Notes under the pieces: generated by a model
The model's database searches: none
What the model was told of the DNA's origin: nothing
What the model saw: the letters and a program-made list of their open reading frames with translations, nothing else
Source: Octopus vulgaris
Taxonomy: Eukaryota
Reading direction: 5' to 3'
DNA: 64,000 nt
Assembly: GCA_951406725.2 (NCBI GenBank)
Contig: OX597818.1
Location: 111,166,001-111,230,000 of the forward strand
Made by a program: the position numbers and the translations under genes
In this document: piece by piece, positions 12,936 through 26,110 of the stretch
Position numbering within the stretch: position 1 is the stretch's first letter
How the letters are laid out: every line of letters starts with the position of its first letter

Positions 12936-14819
12936 AAGCTAATGATTTTGTTCTCTTCACTATGGGTTTAACTTCCATTTATTACAATTTCTTGACTCAC
13001 TGGTCCTCATGCCCGTGGCACGTAAAAGCACCCACTACACTCTCAGAGTGGTTTGCGTTAGGAAGGGCATCCAGCTGAAGAAACTGCCAGATCAGATTGG
13101 AGCCTGGTGCAGCCATCTGGCTCGCCAGTCCTCAGTCAAATCGTCCAACCCATGCCAGCATGGAAAGCGGATGTTAAACAATGATGATGATTATGATGAA
13201 TTAAAACTATATTATGCTAGTATCCACTTTACTATTTGCTTTCCATTTAGCAGGAGTCCCTAGCCATTTTCTCCTCAATCATTATTTTAAGTTGTCATGC
13301 CAACCAGTATCTATTCACTATAACTCTATATTCAGTCATCTTAGCTCTAGAAAACTAAGAATACTTTGCTAAAGAGGTATGGTAATGCTGAAACCTGTCC
13401 ATAGTTTCAATAGTGTTTACCTCTCATTCCATTCTAATCTTAATTCATTAAATTCTGGAATTACTTATCCTGCCTTTCTTAACCAAATTTAACCATCAAA
13501 CCCATTGTTCTCATTAAGTTTGTAATTTCAGTTGATTAAAATCTCTTCTCTTACTGCTTGAACCTTACTATTCATATAATTTAGTTTGCCATGAAGAAGA
13601 GAAAATATAAAGCATTTCTAAGGTTTTTCAGTAGATGCCTCATATATCGGATATCTCCTCTTCATGACAGCTTAATTCATATCACTTTGTGCATGCCTTA
13701 GTGGTTAGGATGTTTGACTCATGAACATAAGATTGAGATTTCAATTCCTAGACCAGGCGACATGTTGCCTTCTTGAGCCAAACATTTCATTTCACGTTGC
13801 TCGAGTCCATTCAGTTGACAAAAATGAGTAATACTACAACAGACCAGCATCCCGTCCAGGTGGTGAATATATACACCATTGAAACCAGGAAACTGGCCCT
13901 CAGAAGCCTGGCATGGCTCAAGAAGGAAACATTTATTTTTTGAGAATTTGCTACATTTCATATGAGTATATATGCTGGGAGGGACACCATTTTTCATTAT
14001 ACAACTGTAATATACTATCAACTATATATGCTAGTATATAATGGTGTCCATACGAATAATTAAGGTAAATGAGTTAGCTGCCAGGAATGTGTTTATTATG
14101 TAAAAACTGATACCTCCAATTAAGTTATACTGCTATATTTGGTGGCTAGTTAAGCAATGTATTTGTGGATGGTTTGAGTTTGAGTGGTTGATGCCAGTGC
14201 CATATGACTGCCTCTTGTGCCAGTGGAATGTAAAAAGCACCATGTAAACATGGTCGATGCCAGTAATGCCTGACTGGCTCCTGTGCTGGTGGCAAGTAAA
14301 AAGCACCCACTACACTATTGGAGTGGTTGGCATTAGGGAGAGCATGCAGATGTAGAAACCTTGCTAGATCAGACTGTAGCCTGGTGCAGCCTCCTAGCTT
14401 GCCAGTCCTCAGTCAAACCATCTAACCTATGCCAGCATGGAAAGCAGATGTTAAACGATGATGATGATGTGGTGCAGAAGAAAAATCAAAAACCCTTGAA
14501 ATATGCAAATACACCATTACCTGTCTTTCTATCTTTGATTGCATTACTTACATGGTCATATTCGTATACTTTTACTGGTTTCAGTCAAACAAATTGGCCC
14601 CAGAACTTGTTGTTTGTAAGCCTAGTACTTATTCTATTGGTCTCTTTTGTCAAACTGCTAAGTTACAGGGACATAAACACACCAACATCAGTTGTCAGGC
14701 AATGGTGGGGGAACAAACACAGACACACAAACATATATGTATATATATGTGTGCATGTGTATATATATATATATGTATATGTGTGTATATATATACACAC
14801 ACACACACACACACATACA

Positions 14820-15378
14820 TACAGGGTGCATAAGTTATTTGAGGACGTACCTTGTTCAGGTCATTGCTGCTGCATTTTTTGCTAACTCTGTATAATCTTT
14901 GTTTCAGAAAATAATAATGGCAGACCCTCAGCTTACTTTACAAATGAAGAGGCATGCTGTTATTGCGGTTATAAAGGCTGAGCATAGCGATTTAGAAACA
15001 TCTTGATTTTTAAAAGTTGCCAGATATTTTATCTACAGAGTTTGTAAGGAGTTAGAGATTGAAGATGGAAATATATCAGCAGTATCAAAGCATAAAAAGC
15101 ATTCTAAATGCTCTGAAATCATCAAAACACTTGAATTTATCCAGCAAGTTTAACGAACCATTGATTACAATCTCAGACAGTCCATCAGGTCAATTGCAAA
15201 AGATCTCCATGTGTCAGAAGGAACGGTCAGAAATGTTGTCTACGAAGACATCAGATATAAGTCTTATATGACAAGGAAAGGTCAACTTTTCAGAAAAAAC
15301 AAACGAAAATCACTACATCAGATCTAAAAGGTTCTTAAACAAACTGAAAACTCCGACAGAAGAATATTTGATTTGGTT
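14820..15378 (+). mobile_element. Tc1/mariner-superfamily transposon 5' fragment (defective transposase)
   Basis: Starts TACAGGGTG; frame MKRHAVIAVIKAEHSDLE...SIRSIAKDLHVSEGTVRNVVYEDIRYKSY...RSKRFLNKLK with stops (HTH region). Confidence 0.75.
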
Positions 15379-15405
15379 AGAAAAGTAGTAAGATTGAGGT
15401 GGGAA

Positions 15406-16133
15406 TCATCATCATCATCATCGTTTAGCGTCCGTTTTCCGCGCTAGCACAGGTTGGATGGTTTGACCGGGGTCTGGGAAGCCAGGGGCTGCACCAGGCT
15501 CCAGTCTGATCTGGCAGTGTTTCTACAGATGGATGCCCTTCCTAACGCCAACCACTCCGAGAGTGTAGTGGGTGCTTTTTATGTGCCACCTGCACAGGTG
15601 CCAGGGGAATCTGGCATTGGCCACGATCGGTTGGTGCTTTTAACGTGCCACCGGCACAGAAGCCAGCCAAGGCGGCGCTGGCAACGGCCACGTTTGGATG
15701 GTGCTTTTTATGTGCCACCGACACAGAAGCCAGTCGAGGCGGTGCTGGCATCGGCCACGTTTGGATGGTGCTTTTCATGTGCCACCGGCACAGAAGCCAG
15801 TCAAGGCGGCGCTGCCAATGGCCACATCCAGATGGTGCTTTTTATGTAGAATACGAATAGCCTGGGCAAAGTTCAGAAAGCTCCTACCCCTACTGGCGAC
15901 AAAGGGTCTCTCGCTCAAAGTGAAAGGTAGATTGTATGACGCATGTGTTGCGAACTGCCATGCTTCACGGTAGTGAAACATGGGCTGTGACTGCAGAGGA
16001 CATGCGTAGACTTGAAAGGAATGAAGCTAGCATGATCCGCTGGATGTGTAATGTCAGTGTGCGCGCACGACAGAGGGTAAGCACCTTGAGAGAAATGCTG
16101 GACATAAGAAGCATCAGATGTGGTGTGCAAGAG
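15406..16133. mobile_element. RTE LINE copy with a 5' inversion
   Basis: Minus-strand 3' tail and repeat array (15406-15847) fused directly to a plus-strand ORF2 piece RIRIAWAKFRKLLPLL...GVQE (15848-16133). Confidence 0.8.
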
Positions 16134-17619
16134 AATGATTATAATAATGTTTATTATGGTTATGAAGGGGATGAAGAAGACAACGAAGAACTAAAGAGGG
16201 TGCTTATGGTGATGACAACAATAACAATGCTGTACATGTTTTCATGAAGCAATCCAGCAATGCTACAACAACTAATATATTGGTTTCAAACTTCTGGCAC
16301 AAGGCCAGTAATTTCGAGGGAGTGGGTAAATCAATTACATCAACCCCAGTACTCCACTGGTACTTATTTTATCAACACTGAAAGGATGAAAGGCAAAGTT
16401 GACCTTCGCTGGAATTTGAACTCAGAACATAAAGACAGATGAAATGCTGCTGAGCATTTTGCTTGGCATGCTAACAATTCTGGCAGCTCACCACCTTAAC
16501 ATCAACAAATATATTATTAATAATTGAGGCAAAGTGGCTGAGTACCTTTCAAGAGCTGGGCCTCACAGAGGTGAAGTGGCTGAGTTCCTTTCAAGTGTTG
16601 GGCCTCACAGAAGCAATGACCAAGACCTTTGACATTATGTCATGCTTGAGAAGAAGATCCATCAAGCCAATCAAAATTGCAGTTGTGGCAGATACCAATG
16701 TCACGCAAATTGGTATCGATGCCAGTAGCACGTAAAAGAACCCTGGTGTCATGCAAATGGCACGTAAAAGCACCCATTACACTCTCGGGGTGGTTGGCGT
16801 TAGGAAGGGCATCCAGCCATAGAAAACCATGCCAAATCAGACTGGGGTCTGGTGCAGCTTTCCAGCTTACCAGACCCTGCAAGCCATCCAACCCATGCCA
16901 ATGTAGACAACAGATGTTAAATGATGATGATGATGATGACAGTAACAACGATTATGTATAATTTCAGAATATGGTCACCTATTTAACTGTCAGCTTCATT
17001 AATAATTTCTTAGCACAAAAATACTGTTATTCAGACAGAGGATAGTTAATTCAATCAATCACGGCATTTCATTTATAAATCTCAAATGAATGAAAGGTGA
17101 AGATGGAATTTGATCTCAACAAAAGAAAATGTAAATAAATAGAAACTGAATGGTTCTTTGTTGCCTGAATTACACTTTCTACCTTCAGCTAATGCATCTG
17201 CTATCAACCAACATTTCTGGTATTGAACAGTGTGCCTGGCATCGACCATCATTTCTACTATCAACAAGATTTCCTTTTAGCAATCAACACTTCTAACACC
17301 AACCAACATTTTTTCTGTTACCTACCATTTCTGCCATCAACTGTGCCCACTGAATCACCAATTTCAGTTTCATCATTCTGAGAAGAATAAAACAAATACA
17401 ACTAATACATGTATATATATGCAATCAGTGTCATTGACTCAGTTCATCCAAGCCTGCTCAATAAATAATCTTCATTACAATGTTAGCTATTGCTTATTGT
17501 CTATTAAGAATTTCATGCCTTAATTCTTTTGTAAGTTTATCAGTGTTTTTCTATAATAACATAAAAATGTAATACATATAACTAATATAAGAAATATAAC
17601 TAAATAAAAAGCTACCTAC

Positions 17620-17676
17620 CAAGTCTTTTGCATTCTCATCCTGAACAAGTTCTTTATTGAATTGTTCGGTAGCAGC
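17620..17676 (-). CDS. Multi-UBA protein exon (helix 3 of UBA repeat 1)
   Basis: ttttccatag acceptor, gtaggt donor, 57 nt, phase 0 to 0; AATEQFNKELVQDENAKDL aligns with NSFL1C LAMESFYKD (A, E, F, K identical). Confidence 0.78.
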
Positions 17677-19764
17677 CTATGGAAAAATAAAATAAAATTA
17701 TTATACCAACATTTATTTTTCTTGTATTAGTTACACAGGTACCAGACCTTTTATCTAGAATCCAGAAATCCAGTTATTTTTTAAACTGGCTGGCTTTGAA
17801 TTTCAGGGGCTGTAGTAGTTTGCCACATGGTCACTTTATTTTGGTTTCTCTAGCTTTCAAATGGCTTAATAGAGATCAAAAAGACCCTGCTTTATAAATG
17901 TATTAATTTGTATATGTTATACAATTTTGTTCTTTACTTTTTGTTGTTTATTTTATATTTTCAGTATATAGTTAGCCTGCATCCAGAAATTCGGAAAATT
18001 TATAAATCTGGATCATCTCCGGTCCCAAGACTGCCAGATAAGAGGCATCTGTATATGTTTATAGTATCACTTACATTCATGTATCAGGTTATATAATCTA
18101 TCTTTTACTTGTTTCATTAATCAGACTGTGGCCATGCTGGGGTACTACCTTGAACAATTTTAATCAACCCCAGAACTTTTCTTTTAAACTTGGTGCTTAT
18201 CTTATTAGTCTCTTTTGCCGAACCATTAAGTTATGGGGACATAAACATGCTGACATTGGTTTACAAGTGGGGGGGGGGGACAAACACAGATACAAAGACA
18301 CACACACACGTGTGTGCCTCCCCCCTTACACACACACACATACACACATACAGAGTATGCAAGAAAGGATCTGGAAACCCAGAAGATGACTTTCAGTCAT
18401 GGATTGTGCATAACAAATAAAGGATAGAATTGGTATTACACTAATTGTACCATTTACAATTATTTCAATAAAAAATGGTTGACAAATCATATACTTTTGA
18501 AAACATAGAAGATAATGATATTCTTTTCTATTCTAGGCACAAGGCCCGAAGTTTTTGGGGAGGGTGCCAGTTGATTAGATTGACCCTAGTATGCAACTGG
18601 TGCTTAATTTATCGACCCTGAAAGGATAAAAGGCAAAGTCGACCTTGGTGGAATTTGAACTCAGAACATAAAGACAGATAAAATACTGCTAAGCATTTCG
18701 CCTAGCTCGCCACCTTATAGGAGATAATGATATTGTCATATTGATTATATAAAATGTATTATATAATGGTGAAGACACGTGGCTCAGTGGTTAGAGTATC
18801 TGGCTTACAATCAAAAGATCTAAGTTTAATTCTCAGCAGCATGATGTGTCATTCAGCAAGACACTTTATGTTGCTCCACTTCACTCAGCTGTCAGAAATA
18901 AGTAGTACCTGTATTTCAAAGGGCCAGATTTGAGTACTCAACCAGTTGCACATTAATTCTATGAGCAGACTGTCATGTTGATCGGATCAACTGGCACACT
19001 CATCATCACAACTGACAGAGTGCCAGTATTGTACAATAACTGACTGATAGTAAGCACCCTTCATTCGGTGGGTGATATGCAAAGCACCCTTCAATCATTG
19101 GATGATATGCTGTGCCTGTGAAAACCTGTCAAACCAAGTGAAATCATATGCATGGCTGATGTCAGTGTCAGGCCGGTGGCATGTAAAATACACTCACTAC
19201 ACTCTTGGAGTGGTTGGCATTAGGAAGGGCATCCAACCATAGAAACCTTGCCAAATCAGATTGGAAACTGGTGCAGCCCACCAGCTTACCAGTTTTCAGT
19301 CAAACCGTCTAACACATGCCACCAGGAAAGCAGATGTTAAATGACGATGATGATGATAGTCATAACTTTTGTGAGCAATTAGACATAGTTACAAAATGAA
19401 TGAGTTTACTTATATATGGGCACATGAGAGATGTTTAATTAATTAAGATAGCAGGGCTTATTGTTAGAAATGTCAATGAAGAAAAAGTGGATTGCAATGT
19501 AATTGTATTTCTTAACAAGAACATTTTACAAGTTCCTTTCATTAATCAATCCATAAATTCAGACATTTGTCTAGTTGAGACAGTGAAACATTTCAAAATG
19601 TATAATAAATTCATCCACTCTGATCTCTATTTGACAAACTGTTAGACTACATGACATAAAAGTGATTCAGCATAAACACACATATATACATAAATCAAAA
19701 GCAAGCTTGTTAGCCTAACAAGTAAGACTGCAGTAGTAGACAAATAAAATGAAAAGTGACTTAC

Positions 19765-19885
19765 TTTAATATCATAATCGTTTTTCTCCAAATAATATTT
19801 AGCTCGACCATAATCAATCCAATTGTCTATTGAGAACCGTTTAACAACCAGAGCTTTGTTAAACCCCATCTTGTTCCAGTGTTTG
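19765..19885 (-). CDS. Multi-UBA protein, exon carrying UBA-like repeat 1 (probable start ATG at 19869)
   Basis: ccacag acceptor, gtaagt donor; (KHWNK)MGFNKALVVKRFSIDNWIDYGRAKYYLEKNDYDIK; 35 aa from Met to a phase-0 intron, the same length as NSFL1C exon 1, with 10/35 identities and no gaps. Confidence 0.8.
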
Positions 19886-20184
19886 CTGTGGACAATTAAT
19901 AAAGAGACATAATACAGCTATTTAATTCTGAGAAATAAAGAAATTAGTGTTAAATTTTTATTTTTTAAATGGCAGATTAATGTTGATGTAGAATATAGTT
20001 TGATGAACAATGATGTTATAAATCAAAAATTAAAATTAAAAATTAAAGTCTTTGGCAAAAAAAATTCAATGTTAATGTACATAAAGGAACATATATAATT
20101 ATACATGCACAATAAAACCCAGATTCATCCACTTACCTTTCAACAAATTTTTTTAAACATTTAAACCAACTCCTACTAGCTTCA

Positions 20185-20690
20185 GCTCCCTATCAGGGCT
20201 GGTACAAACAGTATCTCCCTCAAGCTTGGCTTTTTCAGAAATAAATGCATCGACCTAATCATTAAGCAGGCTCTGGCTCAGGTTAATATCCCCTCAGTTC
20301 TGGAGCTAGCAGGATTATCCAGAAGTGATGGGAAGAGACCAAATGGTCTTCTACTTTGTCCCTATGTAAGAGGTAGGTGTCTCATCTGGGATATCACAGT
20401 CTGTGGATCTTTTGCTCCCTCTCACATCCTGGATGATGTGGTAAATGGGAGGGTCACTGTTTCTGTAGGTGAACAGAACAAAATCTTTAAGTATCAGAAC
20501 TTGTCAGTGAATCATTTCTTCCAGCCTGTGGAGTTTGAGATGTTTGGAAAGCTCTTGTCATCATTGGAGGCTCACCTTACTGAGGTGCCAGGTAATGCCC
20601 ATGAGGGTGTTTGGCTATTCCAATGTCTTAACCTTGTCATCACCTGTTGTAATGCTGTATGTTGACTTGCTTCAGTAAGTTCCACTGAAC
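20185..20690 (+). mobile_element. CRE-like non-LTR retrotransposon C-terminal (restriction-like endonuclease) fragment
   Basis: DLIIKQALAQVNIPSVLE..GLSRSDGKRPNG...GRCLIWDITV...EQNKIFKY...FQPVEFEMFG; the clade assignment is from recalled motif similarity. Confidence 0.7.
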
Positions 20691-21583
20691 CTTGTGATGT
20701 GCAACCAACTGAAGCACTCAGTGTTGAATTCATGTTTTTCTTTCTTCCTCTTTTTCTCCTTTTTCTTTATTTCATCACTCATGCTTCTGTTTTTCTTTGG
20801 TTTGGAATTAGTAAGCAAGTGCTTACCAACCACTCCTGCATTTATTGTATACAGTGCTCAAGTGCACTAGAATTCATCAGATAACTTACACTGATGCCAC
20901 TTTCTCTCATAGAAATAATCTTTTTACTTTTACAGCAATGTTCTTTCATGCAGACATTGGAAAATATTTTCTAAAAAACAAATGATAAACACAATAACAT
21001 TGATTTTCATATGAAGCCTAATTTATCTTCAGAAACATTCCACTGGTTCTGTTTCCAATAATATAACACACCTCAATGTTAACAAAAATTAGATGGAACA
21101 TGTATGGAAAATCACTTTTATTTTACATGCAGATTAATTTTGCATTTCTACAGATGTGTGTTCTCCCATACCGATTTTGTTGCCTTGTAACTTCCAGAAA
21201 AATGAATATTTTTAATGAAATTTTCTACAAATATGCTTCAGATGGTGTAGATTCTGATTATATTGTAATATGTGGTGGAAACTTTTCTGGGGTGGGATGA
21301 GGAATTTCAGAAAATTCAAACGAGATGGCTTTCTTTACTCATAACTTTCAGAAAAATAGATAACATTTTATGAAATTTTCTATAAATACCTTCAAGAATG
21401 TGTAGATTACGATTATATTGGAATTTAATGGAGAGAAAAAAGTTTGGTGGGTTTGTACACATGCATACTGACACAGGTCACATACATCTACAAAATGAGA
21501 CTTGAAATTTCAAAAAATTTGTAATGTGTGTCAGCGTGTGTGTGTGTTCACACAGTTTTACTTTTCACATCAAATTGATATAA

Positions 21584-21935
21584 TTGTGGTCGCAAGGCAG
21601 ATGCTTTGTTTGGGATGTCACTGTTAGCTATTCCTTTGCTTCTTCTCACATCCTGGATGCTGTGGTCAAGCCGAGATCCACAGCTTCTGTGGCTGAACAG
21701 AACAAAATCATGAAATACCACAATCTGTCAGCTAACTACATTTTCCATCCTGTGGCATTCGAGATGTTTGGTGGGGTCAGACCACTAACTGCAAGATTCC
21801 TCTCTTCACTGGCAACTCGCTTTGCAGAGGTAACTGGTGAGGCTTGTGAGAGCGCTTGACTGTTCCAGCGCATCAGCTTCGCCATCACCGACAGCAACAC
21901 TGCAAGCATGCTGCCGTGCCTCGACAGCCATTAGT
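21584..21935 (+). mobile_element. Second CRE-like C-terminal fragment
   Basis: WSQGRCFVWDVTV...AEQNKIMKY...FHPVAFEMFG...TGE..E.A*LFQRISFAI. Confidence 0.7.
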
Positions 21936-22254
21936 GAGGTTTCCAAGCACCCCCAACTTTTCAACCCAATGTGGTGAATTGTTTTGGCTTTTTTATAATT
22001 TTGTAAAACTAATATAATGAATAATAAAATCAGGATTTGAACTCAGAATGTAAAGGTAATCATTGTAATTTACACAATCTGAAAAGTATTTGTAGAAAAT
22101 TTCATGAAAAAAACACACACTTTTCTGAAAGATATGAGGAAACAATGCCAACAGCTGTAAATTTTCCGAAACCCCTTTTCCTCCCTACAGAACAAATGTA
22201 CCACCATGCATTTTGGGAGGAAAAAGCCCAGCGTCTACTAACTCCCTCCAAGTA

Positions 22255-23093
22255 CTAATCTCAAAAAGTCTTCTTGTGAATGTGACCTGGGCATTATTGT
22301 CGACAGCAATTTGCATTGGACAAAACACATTGCTAAAATTGCCAAGAAGGCTGAGAGTGTCTTGACATCACTCACCAAGTCCTTTGTGAGCCACTCTCTG
22401 GCTATCTATCTACGGCTTTATATAGCTATGGTGCGACCTCACTTGGAATTTGCATCAGCAGTCTGGAACCCCTATCTTGCCCAGGATATTAATCGTTTGG
22501 AAGCCATTCAGCAGCGTGCAACCAAGAGAATACCCTCCATCAGGCATTTGCCATATTCTGAACGCCTTACTTCCCTGGGCATGGATACATTGAAACTCCG
22601 ACATCTGGCAGCTGACTTGGCAGACACCCATAAAATTATTAACCATTTTACAAACAATAACTCTGAGCACCTTTTCAAACCCCATCTGTCTAACACCTGT
22701 GGACATGTTTATAAAGTCAGAAAACAGCACAGCTCCTATGACTTTCGGAAATATTTTTTCATGCTAAGAGTTGCTGAAGCATGGAACAAACTGCTGGCAT
22801 CAGCTGTTAGTTGTTGGAGCACTGCATCTTTCAAAACTTCCATGTTTCCTGAGATTCGCCAACACTAGACCTGATTTTCTTCCCTCCATACACATGCAAG
22901 CATGTATCTGACTCATACACTGTTCGCTTTCCAGGCCTTTGTACATAACAGCAAATTCTTTATACGCATTTTTAACAATTTGTGGTGCACCTGAGCACTG
23001 TATACAATAATTTCATTATTATTATTATTATAACTATTATCATTATTATTATTATTATCCATCATTATTATTATTATTATTATCATTATTATT
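22255..23093 (+). mobile_element. 5'-truncated CR1 LINE 3' end with (ATT)n tail
   Basis: ORF 22311-22868 is clearly homologous to the C-terminus of the 33810-35276 ORF; shared 3' motif gtgcacctgagcactgta. Confidence 0.92.
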
Positions 23094-24318
23094 AGAAAAA
23101 CTTTTTCACAAATTCCAATATAATTGGAATCTACACCATCTGAAGCAGGCATTTCTTTGATGAATATCAATTTTTCTGGAGGGTATGAGGAAACAAAGTC
23201 GTAGAGAGAGCACACATTAGTAGGAATGCCTTAATTTTCTGTAGATGAGACAAATTCTCCTCTTGGATATTTGGAGTGGTGCGATATATCGTTTTGTGTT
23301 CTTTTGGTTCGACAACTCTTTAATACAATACATACTATGCAAGGGAGATAATTCAGGATGTCTTTAAGTTCTTCATGTGCCTGCGCATACAAACGCGCAC
23401 TATTTTTTGAAAATCAATGAACGATTGTATTAATTTCCAAATTAACCCATTCGTGCCGAAATTTTTCTAGTGAAAGAAATTGCCTGAGAGTTCACAGATT
23501 TTGGGTTAATATATATACCTTCAACCGGGAACAAAAAAATTAGCCAGCCTGGTTGAGGTGTTAACAAGTGTGTGGAAAACGAATATGAAAAACTAAATGC
23601 GCGCTGACGACCCTGGGCGGGGTGGGGGGGGGCTGACTTTCGGAAAATTCACAAGATCTGGTTTTTCAGTCATAACTTCGGGTAAAATGTATATATATAT
23701 TGATTTTTTTTTTTTTTTTTTACGGAATCCCACATTTTTGGTTATGGAGGATCTCATTCTGGAAAATAAAAGGTTCAAAAATAGCATTTTCGAAATTTCA
23801 ATTCCCCACCCCCTTCATTTCTCACTTTTCCCGAATTTTTTTTTTTTTTTTTTTTTTTTTTTGCGAAATACATAAAAAAATACGAAGATTACGATTCTGA
23901 AAAACAATTGTTTGTAAAATTTCAATTTTTCAACAAGGAAAGAAAAAAAAAAGGTATACCCTGAGGCCTTCCACATGCTAGAAATAACAGCCAAATCTCA
24001 CAAAACTGAGATAACATAATGAAATTTCGAAAATGCGATTTTTGAATAACTTCTTTTTTTTTTAAGAATCGGATCTTCTATAACCAAAAACACGGAATTC
24101 CGTAAAAAAAAAGTCAAAACATATCCCTTTCTTATCTTCTATTTTCAAGGGTTACAGAATTAACACAGGTCATAGGAACATAAACCTTCTTCCACGAAAA
24201 GATAGCTTAAACTGTGCTCTAAATGGAGGTGTAGTCAAATCCTATTTATGGACTCAACCATGTTGGGTAACAGAATTAACACAAGTTATAGGAACGTAAA
24301 CCTTCTTCCACGAAGTTA

Positions 24319-25344
24319 TCTATATCTATATATATAAAACTCTAGTTGTGTGAGTGTCTGTCCCCTTCGATTTAGATTCCTAACTCCTCCCACATTTTGC
24401 GGTGCAGTTTAACCAAATTCGGGTATCTTATAGTCGTGATTCATATCGAGCCCGTCTGAGTATTAGCGCGCGTCAACGATGAGTCTACGATTTTAAAAAT
24501 AATTTAACATCATTTTTTATTCCATTTTATTGCATAAAATGCATCGTGTGTCGATGGCGGCGGAGTTGGCGTCCACGCTCACAGCTGCACCTGTTTGCTT
24601 CTCCCCCTTCCCTCCCTCGTGGAGCTGTGGGGAAGGGAGTGTAAAGAAATCAACGTCGTAATGCGTTGTGAAGGAGACCAGCGTTCTTTTAGAACAACGA
24701 CTTCATGGCTTGAAGACACCAAAACAAAAATGGCTAAGAAAGCCCGAATTGGCATCTAAAAATGCTTATATAGTTATTTCCCTTACAAACCCGAGCAACG
24801 CCGGGCGATACTGCTAGTCTATATATATAAAACTGTAGTTGTCTGTCTATATATATAAAACTGAGTGTCTGTCCCCTTCGATTTAGTTTCCTAACTCCTC
24901 CCACATTTTGCGGTGCAGTTTAACCAAATTCGGGTATCTTATAGTCGTGATTAATATCGAGCCCGTCTGAGTATTAGCGCGCGTCAACGATGAGTCTACG
25001 ATTTTAAAAATAATTTAACATCATTTTTTATTCCATTTTAATGCATAATTTTTCGTGTGTCAATGGCGGCGGAGTGGCGTCCACGCTCACAGCTGCGCCT
25101 GTTTGCTTCTCCCCCTTCCCTCCCTCGTGAAGCTGTGGGGAAGAGAGTGTAAAGAAATCAACGTCGTAATGCGTTGTCAAGGAGACCAGCGTTCTTTTAG
25201 AACAACGACTTCATGGCTTGAAGACACCAAAACAGAAATGGCTAAGAAAGCCCGAATTGGCATCTATAAGGGAAGTAACTCTCTAAAAATGCTTATATAG
25301 TTATTTCCCTTACAAACCCGAGCAACGCCGGGCGATACTGCTAG
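24319..25344 (+). mobile_element. Two head-to-tail non-autonomous Helitrons (24319-24817, 24818-25344)
   Basis: A|TC start, subterminal hairpin cccg-agcaacgc-cggg, CTAG|T end, direct CTAG-TC junction between the copies. Confidence 0.85.
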
Positions 25345-25528
25345 TAGGAACATAAATCTTCTTCCATGTTCTAAAATAAGTCGAAAGGTAAGCTACTATA
25401 ATTCGGCAAGAACTTTCCGGGTAACCCAATAAATTAATTCTACGTTTACGGATTTGTGTTATTAAGATTCCCGAAGTGAAATCTCCAGTAGTCATTAATT
25501 TTTTCTCTCTTTTTTTTTTTTTTTGGCT

Positions 25529-25678
25529 AAATAAACTCACGCACCATGTATGCTTTCTTCACTCGTTTATTCCTGTTCTTATTCTAACTGATGTCCATTG
25601 TCCGGACAATGGACATCAGTTAGAATAAGAACAGGAATAAATGAGTGAAGAAGGCATACATGGTGCGTGAGTTTATTT
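25529..25678. repeat. 150-bp spacerless palindrome
   Basis: 75-bp arms centred on tgtcc|ggaca (25603/25604), about 2 mismatches. Confidence 0.92.
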
Positions 25679-25964
25679 GGCAAAAAAGAGAAAAAAAGAA
25701 TGACCGTCCCGAAATACAATAATAATATATTAATGTAACTCTTGAATATCTTTTCAGTAAATTCAGGAAGAGACTTCACCTTCACTTTAAACTTTACAGG
25801 GTTTTATGAACAAAACGTGACGGAAAAATTACAACAGCAAAAGGGATAAGATGTTAAGCGATAGCAATTTCTCCTTTACAAATTTGTCTTTCTAACTTTT
25901 CGATAGATGAATGAGAGATTATAATTTCGTAAATAATGAAAACGAGATTAATAAGGTACTTCAC

Positions 25965-26110
25965 CTCCAATGTTGACTTCAAACGTCGTCTTCGTGAAAA
26001 GAGAAATGATTTGACTCTGAAGAATTTAGCAGACGATAACCTTTTTATCGTCTGCTCGCAAATGGTGGGAGGAAAATGGAATACTTCGGTTATTTCCGGA
26101 TAATTTCGGT
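25965..26110 (-). promoter_or_regulatory. Candidate non-coding first exon/promoter of the multi-UBA gene
   Basis: Unique CpG-containing sequence ending in a GAG|gtgaag donor at 25964; 12-bp inverted motif AGCAGACGATAA-ccttt-TTATCGTCTGCT at 26028-26056. Confidence 0.4.

Noticed and set aside
14361-14885. 174-aa ORF with a hydrophobic stretch
   Set aside because: It is a chance read-through of an RTE tail, a SINE and a microsatellite
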